From Paragordius varius (Eukaryota > Animalia > Nematomorpha): 64,000 bases of DNA. The notes under the pieces were generated by a model, which saw only the letters and a list, made by a program, of their open reading frames with translations, ran no database searches and had not been told where the DNA came from. The stretch spans positions 3,348,001 through 3,412,000 of the forward strand of contig OZ176054.1 in assembly GCA_964247055.1 (NCBI GenBank), written 5' to 3'. Numbering within the stretch: the stretch's first letter is position 1; each line of letters starts with the position of its first letter. Shown in pieces: positions 48,013 through 63,317 of this stretch. The position numbers were made by a program, and so were the translations under genes.

Positions 48013-49804
48013 TTGCTAAATATACCTTCCTTTATTCTTTTACAATACAATGAATGGCCTAAAATATGTAAAGTAAAAGTCCAAGAAGAAGTTTTCTTAA
48101 TATAGAGCCGAGAAAACTTTGAGATAAAAGCATTTTTTTTTTCAAAGTTAAATATATTTTTGAAACCTTATTTCTGTATAGCTGATTAGTTTTGTTAATT
48201 TGGCGTGTGAAATATAAAATTGAGTTCCTTTACCATACCCCTAAACCACCTTTTTATGGCTATTTCATATAAGGAATTTAAAATACGGTTGACATTTTTA
48301 AAAAATCACCGTGTTTTATTTTAAAGTTGCCGTTTTATGATTCAATAAACACTTACTTTAAATATTTTCCGAATTATATTTTCAGTTTTTTACAATAGCC
48401 TACAATGTGATGAATCAAAGTTTCTCATCAATACAACAATTATCTTAGACAATATAATTCCATTTAAACTATACAGACAAAACTTAAAAGCTTAAAGACA
48501 AACATTTTTGAAACAACCATATTATTTAAATTTTATATTTAAATATAACTCTTCTTTTTTGAAATATAATCAATTATATTACTTATTATAATAATATAGT
48601 TTATATGGGAAAAAGCCAGTATTTTTTTAAATATTGTACTTTTATTTTTACTCTCTCTGTAAAATTTCAAAATAACTGTAAATTTTCAACCTGTTATTCA
48701 TATGACCTAAACATAATCTGTATTTCCCTATTTACATATTATTTCCAATCCACATGTTGGGGTGCAAAGAAACACATCAGTCTTTAAAAATAAGTTTTCC
48801 TTCATCATCCCAAATAAGGTTAAAATGTGATATTACAGTAATTTTTTTACACAAAATTTTAAGGAAAGTAAAAATTGAAATTAAACGTACAAAACGTAAA
48901 AATATAAAGACAAATATTTTTTTAAAAAAGAAAATCAATAATATTTTTTAAATTTTTATTTTTTGAAATATAACTGATTGTTTTAAACTGCAAATAAAAT
49001 AAATTTTTAAATTGGTAACACAATCAATCATATATTTTATTACAATTGAAAATTGTCTTTATATTTTTACATTTCCGTATAATATCAATTTATACCGTAA
49101 TTTAAGTTTTGTGTCTTTATAAGGATTAATTTCATATGGTTGCCAATCACACAAAACATTTATTTTAATTTTTTGATATAAATTTGATAATATCTCATTC
49201 TTTCGATTTTATGTTTTATATATGACGTTGTATTCATTATGAATATTTCCAACACACATTGAATCTTAATCTTTCAATTATATTTATTTATTGAATTACA
49301 TTTACATTTTTTTATGGCACGAATTTTTACGTTTCCACACATAAAAGATATATAGATTAGATTTGTCTTAATAAATGGCACATATAAATTTTTTGACTTT
49401 TCAACTAAATTTATATATTCATCCAAAAGGTTAAATTTTAATATTTGGCTATATAATTATCAAATATATTCTAATTTTTTACATTTTTATTTACAGTGTA
49501 AAATCGGGTATCTCTTAAACCTAAAACTAGTTTAATAAATTGTACTATTTGCTTATCATAACTAAATGAAAATAATTTTGTTTTTAAGCCAGTATTTTAT
49601 AAAATAACAAAAAAATGTACAAAATATATTTTTATAATGCGTTTTAAAGACCATAAAATGCATACTTTTTTAAATTTACCCTATCCAATATTATGAATAT
49701 TTTAAAGATGTTAAAATATAAAATCTTGCGGTACAATTCAAGTTAGATTTTTCCACATACTCAATTATATATATTATTGCAATTTTAATAATTTTTACAA
49801 TGTT

Positions 49805-52800
49805 TCAAGGATGACGTAAGACATTGAAAAATATTTCGTAGAAATAAAACATGAGACCAGTACTAAGACCGGCTTTAATAAGCGTTGGTAAAAGTCCCTT
49901 ATAGAATCCGGAATATCCCTCATTTTGTATCATTTTGGCTACACAATCTCGTAAACCCAAATATTGTTCAAACTAAAAAAAATTATAATAATAAAATATA
50001 ATGAATGCAATGCAATTTTATATAATTTAAAATTTGATTGCTTTAAGTACAGTAAATTATACGGACAAAAGTTAAAAATATAAAGACAAAAATATTTTAG
50101 TTCAAAAAATAACCCACATACTTTTTTAAACCTTAATTTATCCATAAAGTTCATTAAATTACAATAGTTATATACATAATTAATTGTGTCACCAATTACT
50201 CCATTTCATACTTTACAATAAACAATGAGTTATAATTACAAAAATCAAGATTAAATCAAACAGCAGTCTTTAGCAAAAAAATATTTTTTTTTTATTTTTA
50301 CTTTTTGTCCGTATAATTTCATATAAATTTGAATATTTTGTGGTAAGATAATTTTTTTTTACTTTTCCAAAATGTATTCGAGACTTTTCAAAACCCTGGA
50401 TTTGAAATCGTTTTTTGATTGTGTCCAAGGGATATACAATGATTTTGGCTAACGTACCGGCCATAGCACCATTAATTAAATTGAGATAAGATTTATTCTT
50501 TTTGTTGGCAGCCGTAGGTATGTTAGTATCTAAATAATTTTTTGGATTTATGAAATAAAACATAATGGAATTTCAAAAAAAGGTTTTATTGAAAATTGAG
50601 TTATTACTAAAAATTATAGGTAATTAACTATCTGATTGAAAATAAAAATATAATAAATCCTAATTTTTGTTTTAATCCAAGGTTTAAAAATGTCTGTGAA
50701 GAAAATTTGAAATAACAACATATAAAATTAATATTACAAAAAAAAATAAAAGAAATAATTTTTCATAATATAACCATATTTTTTTAACTTTAACTTTTGG
50801 AATATATAAAATAGAGATGTGATAACATTAAAATACTTCGCAATCGTATAGGTAGGTTGTATAGAAAATCAAGACTAAAAAATCGTCTCTTAAAAATATG
50901 TTTTAATAGGTTTGATTTTGATAGTTTTAATCATTCAAATTCTAAATGAAAATAAAAAATAAGGTTTACTTTGAAAGAAAGTTTTTGAATTAGTTCCGTA
51001 TAAAATAAATTTTAAGCCCGAAACAGTAAAAATAAAAATATACGCAAAATTATTTTGCATTGATAATAATATTAAATACCTACCTTTATTTCTCGTTTGG
51101 GCAACATTTGAATGCGAAAAAAATGATGATTGATTATGAGTAAAAAACGTGGTATTTTTGAGTATTCCATAAAACATAAAATAGAGACCAGAGTAAGGGG
51201 CTATTTGAATAAGGCTGGGTGTAAGTCCACGAAAAAAACCAGGTATACCCTCAGATTTGTACAGCAATTTGCTACCATGAATTACACCTTTGTAAATCTA
51301 TATAAAAAAATGTGTAAATATATGAAACGAAAATTTGCGTTACAACAAGATTTGTTGAAGGAACCGAGGACAAAAGTATTCTAGTATCTCTTTTTTTTAA
51401 TAATCATCCTCTGGTTGAAATTTCAGAGTTTGATATTTAGTTTTATTTAAGAAATTGTAAGAGTCGGTTTATTAAGCCTATTCTCTAGCAACAACTAATT
51501 ACTGTGTCTCATATTTGCTTATCGAAATAAGTATGAAAAAGAATTTTGAAAAATTTATACCTCTCTTTCATACAAAAAGAAAATATTTTTTTATTCAAAC
51601 CTTTTTCAAAAAACAACCAAATTTTTTTCGATCATAACATTTTAAATCTCAATGACAATGTTATTAAATTTTATTTTTCCGTTAAAGGCATCCTTTAGTA
51701 CAAACGACATTTCATTAAAAGTATAACTAATTCAAAAAACTTTAAAACTTTTAATTCTCCATATTTTCCAAATAAATAATTCCTTCTTTATGGATAAATT
51801 GATTTCAAAGAAATATGATGCTTTAAAAAAGGGTTGTTTTTTGATGTAAAAACATTGTTTTTTCAAACAAAAAAGTATGCTTACTTTATTATATAAAACA
51901 TCGATAAAACTTAAATAAATTAAAAGAGAAAAAAACCAAATTATTAGTTTATAAAAAAACTAAAATAAATACTTTTTTATTTTGATATTGTGATATGAGT
52001 CGTGTTTTAAACAAGTCGAATGGAAAGGTGACACAGGTAGCAGCCATCCCAGCAATACTTCCGCTTATGAAAGCGTTTTTATTCAAATCTTTAGAATGGG
52101 CAGTTTTAAGCTCCAATTGTTGAGCAGCGGGGTGAGGCCCGTTCAATTCATAATTTATTAATTGTTGATTTATGGTTTCGTATGTCACAAACTTGCTTTT
52201 CACAAATAAAAAATGGTAGAAAAATAAGCGTATATTTACATGTTTTTACTCAAAAATATCAAAATGAAGTGTTTTATAATATAAATTAGATGAATGATAA
52301 TTTTGATTACATTGAAGTTTTGGGAATAATAATTTTAAGTGAAAAGTTTGCACACTAAAAAACACCTGGTAATAAATAAATATTGAAAAACTGACATTTA
52401 TTTATTCTTAGAAGCAATTCGGTCAATATTTATTTATTATTTAAAATTTGAGATAAAGTTAACTGAATATACGCTCAGAATTAATTAAACTAAAAGAAAT
52501 CGACACTAAATTAGAGAAAAATATTCCAAAAATTTTGTCGTTTTAACCACAATTCATATATGGGTTATCAATAGATACTATTTCAATTGTAAACAAAATT
52601 AAATATCAGAAAAATATATAATGTTAATCCACAATTTCTATTATTGCGAATAAAAAAGTAATAATTTCAAAAAAAGAGCTAATGGGAGAGAAAAATTATT
52701 TTTTAAAAATAAAATAGTTGTTAAATTAAGATAACGCCTTGAAAAAAATCTTTATTGAAGCTATCATGATATAAATTTAGCTCCACCTAATAAGCTTTCT

Positions 52801-53150
52801 AAAATTTTCAGGAAAATGGATGTGAAAATAACCCTCACTCTTTAATATCCAAAAATAATTACCTGAACGCCACCATACACCATAGACATGTATTGAGCGG
52901 GCATGTGGCCTTTCCAAAACGCCCTAACACCTTCCTCCGAATATATTTTCGCAATTGCATCACGCAAGTTCTTATACTTGCTATTCGATAAATCTTCCAA
53001 TTGTAACTTGGAATATATAAGTCATAAAAAAACTTGAAACCGAATTTTTATCACATCTAAAGGTTGACAAATAATGCGAGTACATATCCCACTAAGATTA
53101 CCTGCCACAAAGGGTATCCAATAACTTTGCCCTTTTTTCTGATAACTCAT
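49805..53150 (-). CDS. SLC25A19: Mitochondrial thiamine pyrophosphate carrier, 6 exons, 342 aa
   Basis: Exons 53034-53150, 52863-53006, 51973-52191, 51084-51297, 50363-50529, 49805-49972 (1029 nt). Three carrier signatures ([36 protein letters not shown]), plus FWKGHMPAQ and IAPYSGL. Confidence 0.9.
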
Positions 53151-53247
53151 GAAAATTGCTCATGACATTATCATATCATGTGTGTATTACATTTATAAGG
53201 GAGGATCCATGTGCTTTTTCTCGCCCCTACTTTAGGCACCGTATGGA
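53151..53247. promoter_or_regulatory. Putative bidirectional promoter / shared 5' region of SLC25A19 and MOB1
   Basis: Only 97 nt separate the two divergent ATGs. Confidence 0.5.
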
Positions 53248-53286
53248 ATGAGCTTTCTTTTGTAAGTTAAATTACATTTTTGATTG

Positions 53287-53335
<49 letters not shown>

Positions 53336-55424
53336 GTCTAAATAAACCAACGCTTTGGCAATTAATTTTTAAAACTTAACCGGTGTTACCTTAATATACT
53401 TGACAATTTTTAATTTAATATTGCATAACTTTGTTTTCATTAGTGGTGGAAGGTCATCAAAAACATTTAAACCCAAGAAATATATACCAGAAGGAACTCA
53501 TCAATATGATTTGATGCAGCATGCTGCCCTAACCTTAGGAAGCGGAAATTTGAGATTAGCAGTTATGTTACCCGATGGCGAAGATTTAAATGAATGGATA
53601 GCTGTAAACGGTAAATATCTTAATTTAAATATTATTACATATAAAAAGATATACCCATTAGTTATTTACGGCCATAAAAAATATTCTTTACCACAATTTT
53701 ATTAAAATGCTATTATTTAGAAACAACCCATAAACTTAATTTATAACGTCTTTTACCGATAAAATAGCTTCGAGTAGTGTTGATTTTATATATTTATACA
53801 TATATATCGTAAAACATGTTAATAACAAAAAAATTTAAAATGGCTTTTTAAAAAAGTTATCCGTCTCATTTCTTTGCTTTATCTATGATTTTATTCTTTA
53901 CCTTTTATAGTGGTTGATTTCTTTAATCAAATTAATATGTTATACGGGACAATTACTGAGTTTTGTACACCCCTAAAATGTCCGGTTATGAGCGCCGGTC
54001 CCAAATACGAATATCATTGGGCCGATGGAATCACCATTAAAAAACCGATAAAATGTTCGGCTCCGCAATACATTGATTATCTCATGACTTGGATCCAAGA
54101 TAGATTGGATGATGAAACATTGTTTCCTTCAAAACTTGGTAGGAATTTTAAAATTTTATTAATCGGTCAGACATACCGCTTATAAATATAGTTAGCTACA
54201 GTTATGACCGTGTTAAGGTTAAAAAGTAATGATAGACAGTGTAAACGCTTATGATTTCCAAAATAATTTCAAAGTTTTTTAAACCGAAAATTTTTTTAGT
54301 AACGGCATAATAATAACCTGTCAGCTCGTTTTTAATTAATAAATGATATTCAAATAATATTACGCAGACGAAAATTTTTGAACCAGTGAAAAATAACATA
54401 ATGATTAGCTGACCGATTATGAATGCAGTCATTTGGGTCATAAACTTAAAAATTTTTGTTAAAACTTATATATTACCGCTCAAAAATGTGGTCAACTACT
54501 CTTCCAACCTATAAGTTTTTATACGGTAAATAATGGTAATAAACTGTTTTAGATCGTTTTTCAGTTAATAACCGTTTTTAATTATTATAACATATGTAAA
54601 AAAGAATTTGCAAACGGTAAAAAAACTACATAATAACTGTGTAAGAATGCAGTCATTTGCGGTTACAACTACAATTGCAAACAGTATAACATCAATTGAA
54701 ACAATCCCTCAAGTCCCATGGAAAATTTTAAATTTTTTAAGATAATTTTTGATATATTTTTGGCAAACATATCATAAATTTTAACTTTGCCACAATCATG
54801 GTCTTTTGTGCATTAAAGATTTTATTTATACGTTTGGGCCTCAAAGTTTTTGACTTTTTTATTGGTATATGATGGCTATAAGTTCCTTTTACTTAATTCC
54901 ATTTATTTGAATTTATTTGCATCTATCATAATAGGTGTTACTTTTCCCAAAAATTTTATTCCTACCATCAAAGTTATAATGAAACGCCTTTTCCGAGTCT
55001 ATGCCCACATCTATTACCTCCATTTTGGCGACATTATGAAATTGGGTAAACATTTTTTTTGCTAGAGTTGAAAATTTGCTTTATGTTTCCAAAAAAATAT
55101 AATCACTAAAAATTTATTTAATCCAAACAAAAATGTATAATATGAGTTTTAATAACCACCATTTTTAAACTAATTGAGTGATTTTTACCTATTATTTATA
55201 CTTCAATATGTTTCAAGTTTATCATATAAATAGGTTTTTAGATGATTTTTTACCACATATCTATTTATATTTTACACTTAGGTGAGGAGCCTCACCTCAA
55301 TACATCATTCAAACATTTCATATATTTCACGCAAGAGTTCGATATCATTGATAAGAAGGAATTGGCGCCATTACAAGAGTTGATTGAAAAATTGTTGACT
55401 AAGGATTGTAATAGTAAAAATTAA
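53248..55424 (+). CDS. MOB1: MOB kinase activator 1 (Mats/MOB1), 5 exons, 220 aa
   Basis: Exons 53248-53261, 53444-53610, 53911-54138, 54935-55045, 55282-55424 (663 nt): MSFLFGGRSSKTFKPKK, LGSGNLRLAVMLPDGEDLNEWIAVN, CPVMSAGPKYEYHWADG, EEPHLNTSFKHF. Confidence 0.98.
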
Positions 55425-55931
55425 AAAAAAAGCAATTTTTATATCTAAAGGAGAACTGGCTCACAATCATCTGTGCATTTATTTTTTTCATAAAAAAATA
55501 GGTAAATCATATTTATTTTATATTAATTGTCAATCTATCGGAAAAATAATTTAATAAATATTTAAATTTATGATAATAAGATTTGATTGATTGCATTAAT
55601 TTATAGTTTGATTGTGGTAAATGCATATTTTTCTTTTTGTAAATATATTAAAATAATAAAATTAATATGTCAAAAAATAAAATTCAATGTGGAAAAATGC
55701 GGGTCATTTCAAACCAAAAATATTAAGCTTTAGATTTGAGGTATTTTGTTGCATGGCTTCTGGGTTCTTTGGGAAGTGGTCGATTTTTTATATTGTTATT
55801 CATATCTTTGCCATTAATCCTATATATAGTTTTTAATAAAAATTTATTACAAAAATCGGGTTTATGAAGAAATTGGAGTAAAAAATATAGAACTTAAAAC
55901 TTTAATTAAAACAAAAATTGGTTATAAAAGT

Positions 55932-58900
55932 TTACATGCTTTTCTCCAACCAAGACATTCGTTTCCAGAAATTTCCACCCAAATGATTGTTGTAATCTTC
56001 TTTCGTCAAATTTATCGCTACCGCATTGCTCGTCAAAATTTTTAAACTAATTATAAAAAGAGAAAAATGAATCAAACTTAGGGATTTATAATAAAAAAAA
56101 TTTAGGAGAAATTAAAGAAAAGGCCTTTTAAAAAATTTAATTACAAATGTTTTATAGGATGTACGGTAGAAATTGAATTTTTATAGACAGAACTATAAAT
56201 AAAACACAAATATATTTAATACAATCATTTTAGTATTAAGTTTTGTCTCTACAATTTTAATTGCAATAATTACTTTTCTTGACTTTGGAATTTCTTTATT
56301 TTATTTTGTTGTCCCTGAAAACCACCTTCTCTGTTATTCCCATTCATGTTTCGAGATTCAATTTTATTGTTATTTTGAGTTGCTTGACGATTTTCGGCTT
56401 GATCGTGCGTTTTGAGATAATTATTTTCTGGAACTGAGTCTATCAAAGGATCCGGCGGCACTTTTTTACTACTGGGATAATGTTTTATGTAGCTGCTTGA
56501 CATTGGATGTGGCCTAGAAATATAAAACAAAAATATATGTGGCAGTCAGAAATATTCAAATATGACTTCAAATAAATGAATGAGCTTATAATGAAATTAC
56601 GCTCTACATATTAAAACACTCATGTATGTATTATGACCGTACCTGTAACCGCATAAAAAAACATTCAAAACCTGTTAAACATATGTTTATCAGTGATATA
56701 TAATCTAAGGCTTTAATTTGGAGAAAACATATAATTATTATTTAAACAATAATGGGTATAACAAAAAATTTCTTGGAAATTTTTGATTTATTTCCTGTAA
56801 ACATAATTTGCCTAGTGGTATATATCTGGTTAAGTATGAATGACTGCATACGGTAACTGTTATTAGACCGGCCACTAACTTTAGCTTATACAAGCATGCT
56901 AAAAAATAATCAAATTGATACGCATGGCCAGTTTGATTAAAAATATCAACTGTCCGTTATTTCAACCTGCACATTTGGTAGGAAAGAGTTGAAATAAAGC
57001 ATCAAATTTAACCTCCACCAATAGAGATTCACAATTAACTTAATCTAATTTCCCTATGACATTGATTATCGACAGTCCAACTTTTGAGTGTTTTACAAAT
57101 TTAAAACTCATGCTTTTTTTGAATTATATAATCCGTTCCACTTCTATTTGAAACTATGGAAATATCTTATAGCGAAAGCAAAACTTTACATATTAACTGT
57201 AGTCCGTTTACCGAGTCTATTTTTTCATAATAATTTAATAAAAAATTAAAAAGTTTACAGAATCGAACTCCAATTTAAAATCCTGTTGAAATAATCTTAC
57301 GAGTATGAAAACAAAAAATAGCCAGGTAAAAAATAGTTCAAATAACTGTATTTAATTTTATGGGTGGAAATATAATTTGCGAATAGGTTTTTATAAAAAA
57401 AATATGATTTTAAAAATATTATGGTAATACAATCTTAAAACATGGTATTGTTAGAACAAAATTTTCATAAAGTAAATAAAAAATTAACCGATTAATAATT
57501 ATATTAATTTTTACCAATTAATAATTAAAATTTTTTAAAAAATCATGTAGAAATTATACTTTGAATGGCCGTTTTGAAGCATTATGGGCACGGTGGGTTG
57601 TTTATATTGCAAATATGGTGGTTCATAAAATTTATTAGCATGAGTCATGCTATCCATTTTATCAATACGGGAAAATCGATTTTTATAATTATCCTCATCT
57701 CGGATTGGCAAATAATTAATTTTTTGTTTTAGGTGAGGGAAGGTTATTTTTGACTCTCTAGAATGTATCAAATCCTGGTTTAGTATTTTAGCACCGGGTA
57801 CATAATTGGGAGGAGAATATTTACTTATGTAGCAATGAGTATTTTCAACCGGTTTATAATACGGATGATCTCTCCAATGTGAATTATATCGTAAGGGTTC
57901 ATTAGAAATCCTCACAGGATAATAATAAAATGGTCTATGGTTGGCATTCGTAAACTCCTGGGTTTGTGTATAAGGTTGGTAATATTCCTTATTTATCAGA
58001 TCTACAAATTCGTCTTTATTGGGATTAGTTGGAGATCGATATGCATGGAATTGGTTGTAAAAGGGCATAGCTGATGAAGGAGATAAATACTGTCCGTCAA
58101 AACTATAAATGAATCGAATCAAATTAGGGAGATACTCAAATTTTATATATTGAACCGATACACATCAATTTCATTTTTTTTTTGTTAAGCATGATAAATG
58201 AAACAAGTGACAAAATAATTGGGAATATTTTTAAATTTGGAATTTACTAGATTAAGAAAACTGAATATCGAGTGTGTGAGAGGCAAATTAAGAAAATGTC
58301 GCATTTTAAACTTTGTTATTTTAAATATCGATACTCCCCCGCTCCTAAAATCCAAATCTGGTTCATTGCATAAGTGGCCACACCCTATGATTATCAGGCT
58401 ACTTTTGGAATTCGTTATTTTAAAATTTATACTTAGAAAATCATTAAATAATTAGCATAAAGATTTATTGCTATATTTTTTATAAAACCTCAATCTCAGC
58501 CGAAGGAGGTAATCATATGTTTTTATTAAAAAAAATGAAAATATTAAAAATAAACATTTTGATATTTATTTAAATAAAAATTTTTGCATTTTAGATGCCT
58601 TGCTATTTACATATTGAAACAGGAAGCAATTTGTGTGAATTTTAATATTATTTCGATGTTTAGGTTATTGGCTTCATATATAAAAAATTTCTTTAGAAAC
58701 CGCTGCTTCAAAATCAGTTTTTTTGTTTCTGTGCAACGTGACCCCCATTTTTAAGTTTTTGATCGTTAATAAGTTTCTCTATCTAAAGAAAGACAAAATC
58801 CTTATTAACCCTAAATCAAATATATACCGATTATATGATTGGGGTATTTGCGGTGCGTAATTAAATGGCACAGATCTGTCCAAATGTTTTACAACAAAAT

Positions 58901-61900
58901 GATTGGTATTGTTGTATGGACTTTTATTAATAGGTGCTGGCATTCGAGACGAGGGGAATGAATATTTTCTACCAAAATTCATAGGGTTTCCATCATCATT
59001 CTCCTGTAATGGTTGTTTTTGTTGCATTCTTATTGCATTACAAGGATTCGTGGTTGATAAATCATTCATAGATTTATTGTTCCGCATTAAACTAATTTGC
59101 TTACGTGTATACATATTTAAACGGTGTTGATTATTAAAATTGGGTCTTAGTTCATTTGATCGACTTGGCAAGTAGCCGTCACGCCTTTTAGGGGGAATTG
59201 GAGGAGGTAAGCTATCTAAAAAATTATATATATATTATCAAATTTTCATAATTATAACAATTTGATAAAAATGATATTTTAAGGTTTTATAACCTCTGTG
59301 ACAATATTTTGTTGGTATCGAAGGGGGATCATTGTGTGCAGTCATTTGATTTTGTTGTGCCGTTCTCCAATTCCTTTGAATTATATCCTTTTCAAAATTT
59401 GCGTCCATATCAGGGAAGACTAAGCCTGCATTGTGTTGAGCCTTTAATTCCGAATAAGACATAGGTCTAGATTTGTCATTACGAACAGGGATTTGCCAAG
59501 AAGAATTATAGGGAATTTCATTTTTAGAGCAAATCGAAAATCTTTTATTGTTATGGTTGATGTCATGAGATTTAGGCATTATAGGATAATTTTTATTTTT
59601 TACATCCAATCGCTCATATATGTTGTTTTGGGCATCTTGGAAACTATGAGTCTGTTGTTTAAAATCATGGGGTATTGCTGCATTACTCGAAGATAGCAAA
59701 GTCTTTTTAGTTTTACGCTTGGCAAATTTGTTGGCTGCGTGGTTATGTTTTTTATCCATATCAATGTCCAGCTCTTCATAAATATCACTATCATACAAGT
59801 ATTTGAATTGATTGCTGATGAAATTGGATGTAATAGAAGATATGGATGAGTTGATACTTTTAATCGATCCCGCGTCCAACTGTTTTGTGGTATTGATTTT
59901 AGTTTTAGCTATCATTTGATCGATATTTTCTTTGGCCAGGAGTTCACTTAACATAAACTTATCAGTGCAAGAGGCTTTTTGATTCCCAAAATCTTTTTCT
60001 TGTTTTAGTATCCAATTACCATTTTCAATGTATGGCTTTTGTGCCCTCTTCTCGCTGGTCCCATTAAGGTCATCACAAGATTTTGAAAATTGGCAATTAT
60101 TTTTCATATTGTATGGAAGATTGTTTTGTGGAGAATAAGACTTACTTGGAAGCATTGATGAAGCCTCAGCATGTGATGGGAATGGATCAAAGGTGGTCAA
60201 AGCATGATATGCGTGGATATGACAATTATGTACATTTATAGGAGAATTGTTTGTTTCAATTGCATCCTTTGCATAACTACTCTTATTAGGGAAATTGATA
60301 GCTCTCTGTTGTGTGTTGTTTTCTGTATTGGCATCGAAATTGCAACCAATATAGTTGTTGCTAATATTTTTATAAGGGTTATTATGAGTATCATCCGATG
60401 AGTTATGACTGCTATAACCCGTATCTTCATTATGCAAAGCCATCACTCTAAATCCCCCCTCAATCCTTTCCATATCTTTAGGTTTTCCATTAAGCTTGGT
60501 ATCAAACCAAGCCCCAAACCGTTTATTAGGTTTAGATATCTCTTGAATATTATCGTCTACACCATTTTTGCGACCAAACTTATTGCAAATCGGTTCCGAA
60601 TTTTCTCGTTTTTCTTCTGCACTGCTGCTATTGCTTATGGGATAATCTGAAGAAGACGATGTTCCCTGGTGTTTATTACCAGCTTCTGCCAATGCAAATG
60701 ATTTTTGCATTTGCAAATCATAGTACATCATTCCATGAATATACGGATTATTTTTGTTTAACATTGGAGTTTTGGCCTCTAGTGCACCGTAAGACTTATT
60801 TTTATAGGGATTTTCTAGTGGCTTAATCAGCAAATTATTAAAATCATTGTGAAAATTGTATTGTTTTTGCTGGTGTTGCTCGTACTTATAATCGATAGGT
60901 TGTGAAATGGGATTCGTAACATCCATGTTATTGATGTTATGTGTGGATGCGGATTTTGTTTTATCTATGATGCATTTGTCGTTTAATTTTCCATATTTTA
61001 CTACGGGTGAATTTTTAGGGTGTGCTGATTTTTTGGTTGCATGGTCATTTATATTCTGTCTTGTTTTGTCCAAAGAATTGATAATGATTGGTGTTTTAGA
61101 TGATTTTGTCATGATTAATGGAAAATATTTACTAAATGCAGATTGATGGTGACTAACACTGCAAACTACGACATCACCTGAGTTGGCGAAATTTGTGTTT
61201 GCAAACATTTCAGATTTTGATAAACCAGATATATCTTTTGATACGTTTTGTTGTGGAGAGGACATTAAATTTTTTGAATCATTTTGATGATGGTAATAAT
61301 TATGCTGCTGCTGCTGTATTGACATAAGTTTTTTAAACAAATTCCATTGTGAATCACGACTTTTGTCTGTATCTCCTCCCTTTCCAGCTTCTTTTAAGTT
61401 GGGAGTATTTGAGTTTTTTGGGTTATTGTTCGAAGGCGTTGGATATACGATTTCGGTTTTGATGTAGTGCTTGGTAGGGTGATCGTCGTTTAATTGAGCT
61501 TCAGTGTTAAAAATTATTTTTTTATTATCGCGATTTTTATTCTCTGGGCCTTCATTGTAGACAAAAGATTGTGTTAATGTCATACCATTAGAATCTTCTT
61601 CTGCGGTGATAAAGGTATTACTTTTGCTCTCCCCTAAACTTGTATTGTTCACAGAGTAAGAAGAATTTTCTGTAGGTGTTGGCTCCTGATTTCGGATACT
61701 AGATTTTCTCCAGAGATCAAGCTTATCACTTTGCATATTTTCATTCTTTGCAGTAGTATCTGTGATCCAACTAAGTGTATTATCAAAATTTATTTTAGAA
61801 GCTAAATTTGCGTCAGATAGCGTGGAATCATATTGTGTTGATGATAAATAACTTGACCCAATACAATTGGATGAACTACCTTCAGTTATACAACTTAAAT

Positions 61901-62171
61901 CGCAATGACTTTTAGCCGAAGTGATACCGCCCAGTAGTTTTCGTTTTCCATACAATTTGTGTTCCGATTTCTCTTGTTTTTTATTGTTCGGGTTACCGGA
62001 GTCAGAATTTTTGCCGCGGTTCTGCCACCAAAATAATTTAGATTTCTGTATTTGGAGACCCGTTTTATTCCTTTTATTACTGTGCTGCTTATCGATTGCC
62101 ATCCCTTCATATGCTACTGAAAAATATTTGGAATTTTTTTTCGTAAAATTAGGTTCATTTATTTTTTCCAT
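55932..62171 (-). CDS. Uncharacterised ~1,387-aa Asn/Ser-rich, probably disordered protein (5 coding exons)
   Basis: Exons 59294-62171 (frame open to an acceptor at 62261), 58828-59215, 57560-58102, 56274-56513, 55932-56046; phases consistent (4164 nt). No recognisable domain. Confidence 0.75.
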
Positions 62172-63317
62172 CGTTTCGGATATAGCTAGGTCGCCAATAT
62201 TACTATTATTATCTAATAAATGCGTTCTTTGACCGTTATTCTGGGTTATGTGGTGTGCTGCCTATTCACATGGAAAGATAAATTTAAATCGATTATAATA
62301 ATGTCTGTTAAAAAATCGATCGATTACAAATCACTATTTATACTATTGATAAAACGTTAATTAGTTAATCATCGAGTGAAAGCGGGAAGGGAGAAAAGCA
62401 TAAAAATCCATAATGCATTTTGTACTAATTTTTATTTTTATACCTTTTTCTTTCTTATATATCATTAAAATTTAATGATGCATACTAAAACAAAGAGATA
62501 ACCCACACCACCCATGTTTTACTCAAATCAAACCAAATCAATCACTAAAATTTTTGGTTGATTTCAAATTAAGTTATATTTTGTTAAATAATTTGTAATA
62601 TATATATATATATATATATATACTAAATATTTAAAAAGCTAAAAAAAGTTAACGCACCTACCTTGGCACCATTCAGTCAAGCGTTAATGACATAATCCCC
62701 TTTATTGAATCGACAACTTGTTATGTAAAAATTTTTAGAATTAACAAAATTTAGGAGACTTTATATTTGGAGGAAAGTTATTTTAAACAAAAATTTTTTA
62801 TTTTTTTATAAAAAATGATTTTAAAATAAATTAATTAAATTATCATTAGCTAGATATAATCGGATTATAGTATACCTGCTTGCACATCTTCCTTTTAACA
62901 AAACAAACAAAACAAAAATAGAAAAAAAGTATGCGTACGAAATAGGTTTAATTCTAAAGAGCAATATTTTTTGCACAAATTTTGCTTTTGCGTTAGGAAA
63001 TAAAGGTATTACTTAGCAGAATTGTCAAAAAACGTATTATAATAAAATATATGTTTGCTATAAATTTTATATAGATTTTAAAGTATCCCGCCTCTTTCCC
63101 ATCAATTTCAAATATATATAATGGAAACGAAACTAAAATTTTAAACTAATTATTATCAATCAATCATATTTTTTTATTATATAGCTAGCTATAAAATAAA
63201 TTGTTGAAAAATTTTTTACATCATATTTTCTAAATATTATTTTTCAGAAAACTATCTTGATCAATAGATAATAGTTTCCTAGATGCTAACTACAGGATAA
63301 TTTGAAAAGATAAGGCG

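Noticed and set aside
62662-62716. Upstream coding exon for the orphan gene
   Set aside because: It has a good donor, but the frame compatible with the 62261 acceptor contains a stop; probably a UTR exon, left unannotated.
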